Below, in pieces: positions 39,047 through 49,646 of a stretch of 64,000 bases of DNA. A program made the translations under genes and the position numbers. A model generated the notes under the pieces. It saw nothing but the letters and a program-made list of their open reading frames with translations, was not told where the DNA came from and did not search any database. Positions within the stretch are counted from its first letter, which is position 1. Each line of letters starts with the position of its first letter. Source of the stretch: a virus; the IMG/VR virus record IMGVR_UViG_3300025087_000641, positions 1-64,000 of that record. One strand, written 5' to 3'.

Positions 39047-39851
39047 TATAGACAGACATTGGGATGAAATTACATGGTTATATCTAAATAATTTTGAATC
39101 AACTGTATCATTGGGAGAAAAATTTAGCGTACATGCATCAACTATAGAGAGGCGATTGAAACAGAGTGGTATTCCTGTAAGGCCAGGCGGGAATCTTACT
39201 GAAAATCACACAGCCTTTGATGAAATTAATCCAGATATGTTGTATTGGCTTGGCTATTTGGCTGGAGATGGATGTGTTACACACAATGCAAATGGAATAT
39301 TATCAATCATTTCAATAACAAGCATTGATATTGAACATATTGATAAATTTCTACATTTCCTGTCATCGCATTCCAAAATAACACGGCGCGAAAGCGAAAT
39401 AAATGGCAAGAAATATGTTGTTCATGGGGCAAAAATTACATCTGAAAGAATCGCAAATAGACTTGTTTTTCTTGGGGTAACTCCAAGAAAATCAAGAACC
39501 ATTTCAATATGCCAACAATCCATAGTTTCGACGGTTGATTTTCTGCGTGGTATAATAGATTCTGACGGTTCATTAACTATAACGGCTGATGGATTTACCC
39601 CGACGATAAGCATTTACACCAGTAGCGGGAAATTCTCGGAACAACTCTCTCTTGGTTTCAATGAAATGTTTGGAGAGACATGTGGGATATATTATGACAA
39701 AAGGGGGTCTGGAGCATACCAAGTCGCACTACATGGAAAGAGAATATTGCCCATCTTGCATAGATTATATTCGGGAGACGACATATCATTAAACAGAAAA
39801 AGGGATATTGCATTAGATGTTTTGGAAAGGTTTGGATATGCCCAAATTTGA
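39024..39851 (+). CDS. free-standing LAGLIDADG homing endonuclease with N-terminal HTH
   Basis: YWLGYLAGDGCV and FLRGIIDSDGS motifs, GVTPRKS; AT-rich. Confidence 0.85.
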   Translation: MTRRRNTNIDRHWDEITWLYLNNFESTVSLGEKFSVHASTIERRLKQSGIPVRPGGNLTENHTAFDEINPDMLYWLGYLAGDGCVTHNANGILSIISITSIDIEHIDKFLHFLSSHSKITRRESEINGKKYVVHGAKITSERIANRLVFLGVTPRKSRTISICQQSIVSTVDFLRGIIDSDGSLTITADGFTPTISIYTSSGKFSEQLSLGFNEMFGETCGIYYDKRGSGAYQVALHGKRILPILHRLYSGDDISLNRKRDIALDVLERFGYAQI

Positions 39852-40731
39852 TACTAAACAAGATTCTCGCATTAAATCTGCAAATTATAGGCATGTAGAA
39901 TTAATAGCAGAAATAGGAAGCAACGCAAACGGCGATTTTGAACGTGCGCGGCAATTGGTAGAAACGGCGTGTTCCTGTGGTGCTGATATTATCAAGGTGC
40001 AACTCTTCGCCGCCGATACCCTGTGGCGCAAAGACCACCCTCGCCATGCCGAGACCCTGAAAGTTGAGACTAAGCCGGAATGGATTAAGCCACTGAAAGA
40101 AATCATTGAGAAGCACGGCAAAGAGTTTCTGTGTACTCCGTTCTCTCCATTTGCCATTGATGTTCTTGAAGAGGTGGGTATCAAGAGATACAAGATAGCA
40201 TCTGGAGATGTCACCTACCGCCCATTACTACAGGCGGTAGCATTGACTGGCAAGCCGGTTTTACTCAGCGTTGGGTTTTCAACATTTGCTGAAATCCACA
40301 AGGCGATTGAATGGCTTAGGCCGTCCGGGAGTCGGGAGGATATTACGCTCCTGTGGTGTGTGGGTGACTATCCAACGACTCCTGCTAGGGCTAACTACCC
40401 TGCTGTTCTTGACCTCATCCAAGAGTTTGTGATGCAATACAATTGCCAGATTGGATTGTCTAGTCACCTGAAAGAGTGGTGGTTAGACCTAGTCCCAATG
40501 GCTTACAAAATCAGCGTCATTGAAAAGCACTTTGACCTGTTTGATAGTGCGGGCATTGAACATGGTCATTCACTATCGCCACATGACTTTACGCTATTCT
40601 CACAAGCAGTACGGGATGCGGAAAAGTCGCTGACTCGATATGATTTCCCGTCACCAGATGATGACGAGACGCGGACTTTATGCAGGCGTGACCCGCGAGA
40701 TTGGCTTAGGCCAGAAAGACGCGATAAATGA
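39838..40731 (+). CDS. nonulosonic acid synthase (NeuB/PseI family), no C-terminal SAF domain
   Basis: IAEIGSN, KVQ, CTPF, KIASGD, GKPVLLS.G, YPT, SSH, IEKHF. Confidence 0.85.
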   Translation: MPKFDTKQDSRIKSANYRHVELIAEIGSNANGDFERARQLVETACSCGADIIKVQLFAADTLWRKDHPRHAETLKVETKPEWIKPLKEIIEKHGKEFLCTPFSPFAIDVLEEVGIKRYKIASGDVTYRPLLQAVALTGKPVLLSVGFSTFAEIHKAIEWLRPSGSREDITLLWCVGDYPTTPARANYPAVLDLIQEFVMQYNCQIGLSSHLKEWWLDLVPMAYKISVIEKHFDLFDSAGIEHGHSLSPHDFTLFSQAVRDAEKSLTRYDFPSPDDDETRTLCRRDPRDWLRPERRDK

Positions 40732-40954
40732 CAGATTATCCCGGTTCAACTGGCGGTGGGCGATACTGCGAAACATGCCATACATGGATTCCGTGGGGGA
40801 CATTCCATTTTCACCCGGAGCCGATACAGGTGCAACCACCTCAATTGCCACCCATGCCACAAATTCAATTTTGCGACAGTAGGATAGTTCCACTTCTTGA
40901 GCGCATTATCGTTGCACTTGAGAAAATTGTCTCCATACAAGAAAGTCAACGTGG

Positions 40955-41533
40955 ATGACATCCCTTTGGTTAATCCGACACGGCAGGACAGCATGGAACG
41001 CTGAAAAAAGAATACAGGGAGACATGAATATACCACTTGACGATATTGGTATAAGTCAGGTGTCTAAACTTGCACAAACACTCCTCGCAGAAAGATTTGA
41101 CGCTATCTACAGTTCACCTCTCCACAGAGCACTCCACACGGCAGGCTCAATTGCATACGGCAGACGACTAGATGTTATTCAGGATGACAGACTGAAAGAA
41201 CGTAGTTATGGACTCTGGACTGGTATGCTAGAGGCGGATGTACGTAAGGAATATCCAGAAACATGGGGTGGCGACTGGCGCATCTGTGGCACTCCGGGTG
41301 GAGAGAGTCAGGCACAACTTGTTATCCGTGCCTCATCGTTCTTAGATGCCATTCTAAATCGGCATCCAGAAGGACATATTGCTGTAGTTAGCCACGAATG
41401 CTTGTTGGGAGCAATGCTCGGCACTATTCTAAAGATGCCCATTGAAATGCATGAGGCCATCAGATTCAAGAATTGCGGGTACGCCAATGTCAAGTTCATA
41501 AATGGAAAGGCAAGGTTGATAACATTACAATGA
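40955..41533 (+). CDS. histidine phosphatase family protein
   Basis: LIRHG, YSSPL.RA, GGES, VVSH. Confidence 0.9.
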   Translation: MTSLWLIRHGRTAWNAEKRIQGDMNIPLDDIGISQVSKLAQTLLAERFDAIYSSPLHRALHTAGSIAYGRRLDVIQDDRLKERSYGLWTGMLEADVRKEYPETWGGDWRICGTPGGESQAQLVIRASSFLDAILNRHPEGHIAVVSHECLLGAMLGTILKMPIEMHEAIRFKNCGYANVKFINGKARLITLQ

Positions 41534-41660
41534 AACGAATAAGAATGGTTTTTAGGGAACCATATGATATTGGCACAGTTCTAATAACTGCCACCTTCCT
41601 GATACTGCTAATTATTGCCGTGGTATTTAACAATTGTTGCTATATTCCATAATCTAAGAA

Positions 41661-42407
41661 ATGAAACTCCCAGACCTCTATCTCAATGTAGACACCGTTC
41701 ACGGTCTTGGTCACAAGATGCGAACATGGGCAATTGCCGAGGAGTATCTGAGACAAGGTGGTGCTGTTCATTGGCAATGGGATAAACTGCCAGATGAGAT
41801 GAGTGTAACCATCTTTGATGGATACAACTATACCAACCATGACAGAGAGCGGTGGATGTCTGCGGGACATTTAGTGGTGACGCTGGATGACTTTGCGAGG
41901 GCAGATTTTACAACTCACATTCTAATCAACTACAATTATGGTGCTGAGAAATTGCCGTGTTTCAAGATGTCAGGGATGAAGATTCCGGGCATATCAATTT
42001 TTCTTCTCGGAACTAAATACTTCCCGCTGAGAGAGGATTATAAAAAACTCACAAGCGTTGATGGGGGACATTCATTTGATACAGACTCGGTTGGCAGGCA
42101 AATGCCTCCAGCGCAATTCGCAAAGAATATGGCAGAGGCCTCATATGTGCTATCTTCGGCAGGGGGGACAGTTTATGAAATCATGTATCTGTGCAAACCA
42201 ATGCTTCTGCGGAAGGCGAACAGTACACAAGGGGTAACATACAACAATGTCATCCGTGATGGGTTGGCACTTCCAGATACACAAGAGAACAGAGAGATGA
42301 TGAAAAATCCATATCATCGGGATAGATATGTGTCCTATTTGCAAGGGCTAGTTGACGGGAATGGCGCAAGTCGGATTGTGGAGGAAATAAGCCATGTGGT
42401 CGGGTAA
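41661..42407 (+). CDS. PseG/SpsG-like UDP-sugar hydrolase (compact)
   Basis: GLGHKMR, FDGY, LDD, LLGTKYFPLR, SAGGTVYE, VDGNGASRI. Confidence 0.7.
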   Translation: MKLPDLYLNVDTVHGLGHKMRTWAIAEEYLRQGGAVHWQWDKLPDEMSVTIFDGYNYTNHDRERWMSAGHLVVTLDDFARADFTTHILINYNYGAEKLPCFKMSGMKIPGISIFLLGTKYFPLREDYKKLTSVDGGHSFDTDSVGRQMPPAQFAKNMAEASYVLSSAGGTVYEIMYLCKPMLLRKANSTQGVTYNNVIRDGLALPDTQENREMMKNPYHRDRYVSYLQGLVDGNGASRIVEEISHVVG

Positions 42408-43293
42408 AAAGGTCTTGGTTACTGGTGGTGCTGGTGTAATTGGCAGAGTCCTTGTCCAGAAACTAGAGGAGCGTGGTGCTAAAGTTGTCTCTATTGACCG
42501 CGAGCCTGCTAAATTTGAGAAGGCTACCCATTATACAGATAATGTCTTGGGGCACATGCTCACATGCGAGGAACAGCAAATAGTATTCCATCTGGCGGCA
42601 TCATTCGGCAGGACTGAAATAGAGCCACAATTCTTCAATGAGAATTTCTACAACAATGCTGGATTGACGCATACGCTCCTGTCTTGCGAGCATCATTGGG
42701 AGAAGTTCATATTTGCGTCGTCGTATTTAGTCTATGACCCATTACTCTATCTTTGGGACGACACCCATTTCCTTAAAGAGTCTGATAGAATTGCACCACG
42801 AAACATGGTTGGCGCGGCGAAGTATTATACCGAGAACGAGTTAGACTTTGTATGTCAAGATGAGAAGATGTCTGGAGTCTCTGCGCGTATCTTCCGGGTA
42901 TATGGCAGAGGGGCAAAAGATATTATCTCAAGAGTCGTTCAGAAAGCATTGAGGGGTGAGACAATTGAGGTGTATGGCGAGAATGCCAGATTTGACTACA
43001 TCTTTGCTGACGACGTGGCAGAGGGATTGATAAAACTTGCAGAGGTTGATTTCCCAACAACCGCTGTAAATCTCGGAACTGGCAAGGGAAAGAGTCTGTC
43101 GGAAGTCATTGCAGTTATCCGAGAGCATATACCAAATATGAAAGTTGAACATGCCGAGAAATTTGGACACCCCATAGAGAACAGCAGGGCAGATGTATCT
43201 CTTCTGAGAGAGTTGACGGGATGGACTCCGCCAACGCCACTAGAGGTCGGGATACGAAAGGTAATAGAGTATGAAAGAGAGAAAAGCAGTTGA
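42394..43293 (+). CDS. NAD-dependent epimerase/dehydratase
   Basis: VTGGAGVIG, FASSY.VY, RIFRVYG, FDYIFADDVA. Confidence 0.85.
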   Translation: MWSGKKVLVTGGAGVIGRVLVQKLEERGAKVVSIDREPAKFEKATHYTDNVLGHMLTCEEQQIVFHLAASFGRTEIEPQFFNENFYNNAGLTHTLLSCEHHWEKFIFASSYLVYDPLLYLWDDTHFLKESDRIAPRNMVGAAKYYTENELDFVCQDEKMSGVSARIFRVYGRGAKDIISRVVQKALRGETIEVYGENARFDYIFADDVAEGLIKLAEVDFPTTAVNLGTGKGKSLSEVIAVIREHIPNMKVEHAEKFGHPIENSRADVSLLRELTGWTPPTPLEVGIRKVIEYEREKSS

Positions 43294-43615
43294 CAAAGTT
43301 AATATGGGATTTACTTCTAGACTGGCATGGGGATTATTTTCAAGAATAGAGAGTCCGGGATTTGGCGCATGTGAACGATGTGGAATGTCATGGGCTATAG
43401 TTAATGGACACGCCACTTATGTAGCAGGTGGTTTTGGAATATTCCCGCTATGCTTGGAATGCAAATTGGAATTATCGCCAGAGGAGCGATTGCCATATTA
43501 TCTTGCTCTCTATAAACGTTGGCCTACAATGCAATCACATTATTCCATTGATGAACTTACACAAGCGGTTTTGAATGAGGTTGTAGATGAGCGAGAATTG
43601 GAAAGTTGTTCTTGA
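43271..43615 (+). CDS. hypothetical protein (CxxC...CxxC)
   Basis: Packed ORF. Confidence 0.5.
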   Translation: MKERKAVDKVNMGFTSRLAWGLFSRIESPGFGACERCGMSWAIVNGHATYVAGGFGIFPLCLECKLELSPEERLPYYLALYKRWPTMQSHYSIDELTQAVLNEVVDERELESCS

Positions 43616-44510
43616 CCCACTCGGTTATTACCGACTCGACCCGATCCCGCAGGTAGCGGACTATTATCGAAAGGGATACCACGAGGCATCTGGCATGAAT
43701 CGTGCGCCTGATATGCGCCGTGCCATTGACGGTGGTGCGGAATACGATAGAGAGAAGTTCTGGCTGTCCTCGACTCTGTGGAATGACATTTTAGAGATTG
43801 GGATTCTATGCCTCCATCAATGGACAAAGGGGTATCACTTTCTGGATTACGGATGTGGAGTCGGTGATTTGTGCGTATACATGAGAGACTTCGGATGGGA
43901 AGTAGAGGGAGTGGAACCATCTGTGCTCGCATCAGGGATTGCCAAAAAGCACGGGGTGAATATTCACAAAGACCTGTCAACCGTCAAGGGATATGACATC
44001 ATTTCTGCTATCAATGTCTTAGAGCATGTCCCCGATCCTCAAAAGACTATTTTAGAACTTAGGTCACATCTCACCGAAGGAGGTGTACTTGTTATTCAGA
44101 CTCCGAATGACTTCTCGCCACTCCAGTCTGTTGTCAAAACAAAGGCAATGGGAAAGGATTATTGGGTTGCTTATCCAGACCATATCAACTACTTCAACTT
44201 CGACTCTCTAACAAAGTTACTTGAGCATTGTGGTATGAGAGTCGTCTATCGGATGGCGACATTTCCTATGGAGTGGTTCGTACTCCTGGGTGACAATTAC
44301 GTTCTCAATCGGGAGTTTGGCCCACGATGCCATAACAAGAGAATTGAGTTTGATTTATCCCTGCCAACTGAATACAGGCGCTCGCTCTATACTAAACTGG
44401 CAGAGATAGGATGGGGAAGGTCTTGCATATTGTTTGCAATAGACGCTAGTTACACAATGCCACAGATGAGACACGCTTTTGAGTGGATGAGAACAGAGGT
44501 CAAAGCGTGA
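43587..44510 (+). CDS. class I SAM-dependent methyltransferase (glycan-cluster type)
   Basis: LDYGCGVG, GVEPS, VLEHVPDP, TPND, HINYF. Confidence 0.85.
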   Translation: MSENWKVVLDPLGYYRLDPIPQVADYYRKGYHEASGMNRAPDMRRAIDGGAEYDREKFWLSSTLWNDILEIGILCLHQWTKGYHFLDYGCGVGDLCVYMRDFGWEVEGVEPSVLASGIAKKHGVNIHKDLSTVKGYDIISAINVLEHVPDPQKTILELRSHLTEGGVLVIQTPNDFSPLQSVVKTKAMGKDYWVAYPDHINYFNFDSLTKLLEHCGMRVVYRMATFPMEWFVLLGDNYVLNREFGPRCHNKRIEFDLSLPTEYRRSLYTKLAEIGWGRSCILFAIDASYTMPQMRHAFEWMRTEVKA

Positions 44511-45076
44511 AGGTCTTGTTTTTGGGCAACCCCAACTCGCCACTTGTGGAGTATCTTATTGGGACTGGTGAGAAAGTCATAGTCACATGGGACAAGATTG
44601 ACCCACAGACCATTGAAACCTATAAGCCAGATTTTCTTGTGAGTTATGGGTATCGCCACATCCTCCGCGAAAATGTGTTGAATATGTTGCCCGACAGGGC
44701 AGTGAATCTACATATCGCATTCCTCCCCTGGAATCGGGGTGCAGACCCGAACTTTTGGAGTTTCGCGGAGCATACGCCAAAGGGTGTTACAATTCATTAT
44801 CTTGACAAGGGTGTTGATACTGGTGACATCATAGCGCAGAGATGTGTTATGCCATTCCCCCATGACACATTCAAGACGAGTTACTATAGACTCCAATATG
44901 AAATACAAAAGTTATTCAAAGAGAACTGGGCAGAAATCAGAATTGGGGCATGTAATAGGAGCAAGCAGGGCAGACTTTGCACATTCCACCATTCAAAGGA
45001 CAAGAATAGATTGATGCATATGCTGACAGATGGATGGGATACTCCTATATCTGTGTTTGACGGGTATGAAGAATGA
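44507..45076 (+). CDS. sugar N-formyltransferase
   Basis: NLHIAFLPWNRGADP, GVTIH..D.GVDTGDI. Confidence 0.85.
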   Translation: MKVLFLGNPNSPLVEYLIGTGEKVIVTWDKIDPQTIETYKPDFLVSYGYRHILRENVLNMLPDRAVNLHIAFLPWNRGADPNFWSFAEHTPKGVTIHYLDKGVDTGDIIAQRCVMPFPHDTFKTSYYRLQYEIQKLFKENWAEIRIGACNRSKQGRLCTFHHSKDKNRLMHMLTDGWDTPISVFDGYEE

Positions 45077-46068
45077 ACGCGCTAAACATTCTTATAACCA
45101 GTGCCTCGCGCAAGGTGTCTCTTGTCAAGTCGTTTCAGCAGGCATTGAAGGAAGAGGGACTCGGCGGATTTGTTGTGGCGGCAGATTCCTCGCCAGACAG
45201 CGCCTCAATGCAGCTCGCGGATATGGGTGCAATTGTCCCGACACTTCCCAACAATGGAACAGATTACGAGTTCTTCAAAAGCATTGCTGAAATATGTATC
45301 CAGATGGGGATAGGCCTCGTTGTTCCAACTAGGGATGGAGAATTGCCGTTCTTTTCTGAACACAAAGAATTCTTTGCCGAACAGGGTATATTTGTCGCCA
45401 TACCAGACTCCGAGTGTGTAAGATTATGCCAAGATAAATTGGCATTCTGTGATTTCTGCGTTTCAAATAACTTCTCTGTGCCGCAGAAGATTGATGACGT
45501 AACGCGATTGCCAGTCTTTGTAAAAGCGCGAAATGGGCATGGTGGCAACTCTGCGGCGAGGGCTGATACACTGCCGGAATTATTTGCACTCAGGCGAAGA
45601 TATGGGGAGTCCATAACCCAAGAGAATATCAATGCACCAGAGTACACTATTGATGTGTTCTCAGATTCTAACTCAAAGGTATTGAGTGTTGTGCCTCGCC
45701 AGCGCATCAAGATCATGGGTGGAGAGTCTTGGGTAGGCAGGACAGAGAAGAATGCCGACATCATGCGAGAGAGTCAAAGACTAGCAGAGGCATTGAAACT
45801 AAAGTATCACAGTGTTATCCAGTGCTTCTATGACAATGGGATTGTCAAATTCATTGAGGTCAATCCTCGCTTTGGAGGGGCAAGTAATTGCAGTTTTGTG
45901 GCGGGTGCTAATAGTCCTCGCTGGCTAGTTCAATTGGCAACTGGCAGAGATGTAACAGCGCCCCCAATTGGGGACTTTCTGGACAATTTGACGATGTTAA
46001 GGTATAGTCAAGATACATTTGTTTATCCAGAGACGAACGATGAAACAAGACCCGAAAGGCCCGTTTGA
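45073..46068 (+). CDS. ATP-grasp protein (glycan-cluster CPS-like family)
   Basis: PTRDGEL, CQDK, EYTID, VPRQR, IEVNPRFGG. Confidence 0.85.
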   Translation: MNALNILITSASRKVSLVKSFQQALKEEGLGGFVVAADSSPDSASMQLADMGAIVPTLPNNGTDYEFFKSIAEICIQMGIGLVVPTRDGELPFFSEHKEFFAEQGIFVAIPDSECVRLCQDKLAFCDFCVSNNFSVPQKIDDVTRLPVFVKARNGHGGNSAARADTLPELFALRRRYGESITQENINAPEYTIDVFSDSNSKVLSVVPRQRIKIMGGESWVGRTEKNADIMRESQRLAEALKLKYHSVIQCFYDNGIVKFIEVNPRFGGASNCSFVAGANSPRWLVQLATGRDVTAPPIGDFLDNLTMLRYSQDTFVYPETNDETRPERPV

Positions 46069-46170
46069 TAAATTGGAAGACGACATCAGGCTATCAATCA
46101 TTGCGTATATCGCCAGACTCATTCTGCTTCTTATAGGTTTTTCAATCTTTGTGAGGTTGTTCCCGCCAAA

Positions 46171-46740
46171 ATGAAACGTCAAAATATAATAGAGTCGTCG
46201 CTAAAAGACTCTGCAACAGCGATGCTCTCTCTAATTCCCATAGTTCCATTTTTAGACAAATTTGCACAATCGGTTATAGAGACGTTTGACTCCGGAAACA
46301 AGATTATCGTCATTGGCAATGGCGGGAGTGCGGCGGACGCGCAACATTTTGCAACAGAGATGGTGGTGAGATATAAAAAAACTGGAATTGCGCTTCCCGC
46401 GATTGCACTGACGACTGATACAAGCATTCTGACAGCGACAGGAAACGACATCAACTTTGACCAGATATTTGCGAGGCAAGTTGAGGCGCTTGGCAGACGA
46501 GGCGATATGCTGTTAGCGATAAGCACAAGCGGAAACTCGCGTAACATTCTGAGGGCAGTTGAGGTTGCAAAGAATCTGAGTCTGTTCTGTGTGGCATTGA
46601 CTGGCAAAACTGGGGGGCGGTTATCGCAACTCTGCCACATGGTAATCAAAGTACCGCAGAATGCCACAAGTCGTATTCAAGAGGCGCATATTGCCATCTT
46701 ACATGCGGTATGCGAGGTGGTAGAAAGCCAGAAAAGATGA
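46171..46740 (+). CDS. gmhA: phosphoheptose isomerase (SIS domain)
   Basis: GNGGSAADAQH, TATGND, FARQVEA, STSGNS, RIQEAH. Confidence 0.9.
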   Translation: MKRQNIIESSLKDSATAMLSLIPIVPFLDKFAQSVIETFDSGNKIIVIGNGGSAADAQHFATEMVVRYKKTGIALPAIALTTDTSILTATGNDINFDQIFARQVEALGRRGDMLLAISTSGNSRNILRAVEVAKNLSLFCVALTGKTGGRLSQLCHMVIKVPQNATSRIQEAHIAILHAVCEVVESQKR

Positions 46741-46849
46741 GACGGATGCTGATTGAACTCATCATTTGGTTGATATTGGCGATTATCATAATTGTTGGCA
46801 TTGGACTCTTTGGTTGGGACACATGCGGCGGTCTGGTTTGGTGGTGCAT

Positions 46850-47671
46850 ATGAGTCTCGGAATAATGCAGGGACGCCTTGTCCCACCAATAGATGGCAAA
46901 CTACAGGCATTCCCCACAAATGGGTGGAACAAAGAACTAGAGATATGTCGAGGATTGGACGTTGCATATATTGAGTGGATTTATGATGGCGAGGACTTAT
47001 ACTTTTTGCCAAATCCAATCTCAACATTTGAGGGTGCAAATGCGCTGAGTGGGATACAGTCTCCTCGTATCGCGTCTCTGTGTGCTGATTACTTTGTGAA
47101 AGCGCCACTGCTGAGAGTGCCAGGGAATATTCTAGAACAGAGAATAGCAAAACTCAGATGGCTGGTTTTTCAATGCAGTCTTGCAAATATTCCCACTCTT
47201 GTTCTCCCATTTGTGGACGATAACGCGATTCGCACACACGGCGAAATTGATGATGTCATTTGTATTCTCTATGAACTTTCTGGATTAATTGACGCCTGTA
47301 ATGTCAGGATTGCGCTAGAAACAAATCTTGACGAATGTGATATGCAGACTCTTTCGCGTGAATTGGTAGATGTGTTTGTTGGAATAAATTACGACTCTGG
47401 AAATAGTGCATCGCTTGGTTATGATGTTGAAAAAGAATGGAATATGTATGGACATCGCATTGTCAATGTCCACATCAAAGATAGAGTCCTAAAGGGTAGC
47501 AGTGTGCCACTTGGCGAGGGCAGTACCAATTTTGATACACTGGCAAAGATGCTGTCTAAATTCAATTATCGCGGCAATGTAGTCTTACAGGTGGCGCGGG
47601 GAGAGTCGGGCAAAGAAGTTGAGTGGTATCACAAGAACAGGAACTTCCTGCTTGACAAGGGCATCGGATGA
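46850..47671 (+). CDS. sugar-phosphate isomerase/epimerase (xylose isomerase-like TIM barrel)
   Basis: GIMQGRL, IEW, CADYF, ALET, NYDSGN, VHIKD. Confidence 0.8.
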   Translation: MSLGIMQGRLVPPIDGKLQAFPTNGWNKELEICRGLDVAYIEWIYDGEDLYFLPNPISTFEGANALSGIQSPRIASLCADYFVKAPLLRVPGNILEQRIAKLRWLVFQCSLANIPTLVLPFVDDNAIRTHGEIDDVICILYELSGLIDACNVRIALETNLDECDMQTLSRELVDVFVGINYDSGNSASLGYDVEKEWNMYGHRIVNVHIKDRVLKGSSVPLGEGSTNFDTLAKMLSKFNYRGNVVLQVARGESGKEVEWYHKNRNFLLDKGIG

Positions 47672-47773
47672 ATACATTTGGGGCAGACTTCATCATCGTC
47701 TTTGTAGCATTAGTGCTGGCATGTTCAATCGGCGCATTTGTGAAACTTGTCCATGATGTTGTAAAAGGCAATA

Positions 47774-48856
47774 ATGATTCCGCAAAGTCGTCATAGCATC
47801 ACCCGCGAGGACATCAAATTTGTTGGCAAGGCTCTTGCTGGCGACTTTCTGACTCGCGGGCCATTGACACTTGAGTTTGAGGCAAAGATAGCCGAATTGT
47901 GTGGCAAGAAGTATTGTGTCACAATGGCAAATGGGACAGTCGCCCTCCATGCCGCGCTATTGGCCTGCAATGCGAAGCATGTAGTCTCTCCAACTCTGAC
48001 ATTCTCTGCTATCGCCAACGCTACACACTTCGCTGGTGCTAAACTCTATCTCACAGATGTAGACTCATATAAACTCCATGCCACAACGTACAGCCAACCC
48101 CTTCCCGCGAAAGGGCTTGTTTTCGTTCCGATGGACTACGCTGGTCTGCCTTATAATCTGGACTCTTCTGGATTGGGGGCTGGCTATACTACTGTCATCC
48201 GTGATGCGTGCCACTCATTTGGGGCAACGATTAATGGAGAGTCGCATGTCAAGCGCGATGATATGGCCGTCTTTAGTTTTCATGCTATAAAGACAATATC
48301 ATCTGGAGAGGGGGGATGTGTCGTAACCGATGGCGAAGAATACGCCACAGAACTTCGGAGAATACGGAACAACGGACTAGAGAATCATCAACAGCATCGG
48401 TTTGGATTGAACTACCACATGAGCGAAATTGAGGTAGCACTTGGATTATCGCAGTTGAAACGACTTGACAAGATATTGGAGAGACGAAGAGAACTGGCAA
48501 GTAAGTATATTGAGCATTGGGCAGGACAATACGACAGAATTACTTTGCCCGCCGACGATAATGGTCATGCCTATCATCTATTCGTTATCCGCCTTGCCGA
48601 CTCTGTAAAAATAAAACGAGACACATTCCGAAGAGAACTTGCCGATATGGGCATTGGAACACAAGTCAACTATCGCCCCCTCCACAGACAACCCATTGTG
48701 GCGTCAGTAATTGACTCTGCGCTCACTGAGTTTCCGAACGCTGATTGGGCATGGGAACGAATGCTGAGTATCCCACTATACTATGGATTGACAGACAATG
48801 AACAGAAGGTGGTCATGAAAGCCATAGATAGACTGTTGGATAAACATGCCAAATAA
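47774..48856 (+). CDS. pseC: PLP-dependent sugar aminotransferase (PseC/DegT family)
   Basis: NGTVALHAA, DACHSFG, FSFHAIKTISSGEGG, GLNY.M, LGLSQL, AYHLF. Confidence 0.8.
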   Translation: MIPQSRHSITREDIKFVGKALAGDFLTRGPLTLEFEAKIAELCGKKYCVTMANGTVALHAALLACNAKHVVSPTLTFSAIANATHFAGAKLYLTDVDSYKLHATTYSQPLPAKGLVFVPMDYAGLPYNLDSSGLGAGYTTVIRDACHSFGATINGESHVKRDDMAVFSFHAIKTISSGEGGCVVTDGEEYATELRRIRNNGLENHQQHRFGLNYHMSEIEVALGLSQLKRLDKILERRRELASKYIEHWAGQYDRITLPADDNGHAYHLFVIRLADSVKIKRDTFRRELADMGIGTQVNYRPLHRQPIVASVIDSALTEFPNADWAWERMLSIPLYYGLTDNEQKVVMKAIDRLLDKHAK

Positions 48857-49646
48857 TCTATTTGACCTCACTGGCAAGGTGGCGATCATAACTGGCGGGG
48901 CAGGATTGCTTGGGCAACAGCACGCCGAGGCAATTGCGGCATTCGGCGGATGTCCGGTGATTCTGGACATTGATTATGATGCGGCCAGAAACATTATCAA
49001 GGAAATCGGCGTGGGGTTTGCGTTTGAATGTAATGTGACGCGCCCCCAAGATATTTATGATACGTTGAATGAAACACTTACGCTACGCGGGCATGTGGAT
49101 ATTCTCATCAACAATCTCTCTTGTAATGCCAATGTTGAATCTTTGGGACAATATTCACGCCTTGAATTCTATCCATATTCACAATGGGCAAAGGACTTGG
49201 AACTCGGATTGGGAAGTGCATTCCTATGTAGTAAAATAATTGGCAGTCACATGGCAGACAAAGGCAAGGGGGTGATTGTCAACATCGCCTCAGACCTCTC
49301 CGTGATAGCGCCAGATCAGAGGCTCTATCACAAAGAAGGACTTGCTGATGAGGAGCAGCCCAAAAAACCAATTTCTTATTCTGCAATAAAGCATGGTATT
49401 ATTGGGTTAACTCGCTACCTTGCGACATATTGGGCGGGTAGAGTTAGGGTAAATGCCATAAGTCCTGGTGGAATATTTAATAATCAGCCAGATGATTTTG
49501 TGCGACATATTAGCGACAGAATCCCAATGGGGCGCATGGCACGGGCAAATGAAATACAGGGAACATTGGTCTTTCTATGTTCTGATGCGTCATCATATAT
49601 GACTGGGCAAAATATTATTGTGGATGGCGGAAGGAGTATTTGGTAA
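48846..49646 (+). CDS. SDR family oxidoreductase
   Basis: TGGAGLLG, YSAIK, VNAISPGG, TGQNIIVDGG. Confidence 0.9.
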   Translation: MPNNLFDLTGKVAIITGGAGLLGQQHAEAIAAFGGCPVILDIDYDAARNIIKEIGVGFAFECNVTRPQDIYDTLNETLTLRGHVDILINNLSCNANVESLGQYSRLEFYPYSQWAKDLELGLGSAFLCSKIIGSHMADKGKGVIVNIASDLSVIAPDQRLYHKEGLADEEQPKKPISYSAIKHGIIGLTRYLATYWAGRVRVNAISPGGIFNNQPDDFVRHISDRIPMGRMARANEIQGTLVFLCSDASSYMTGQNIIVDGGRSIW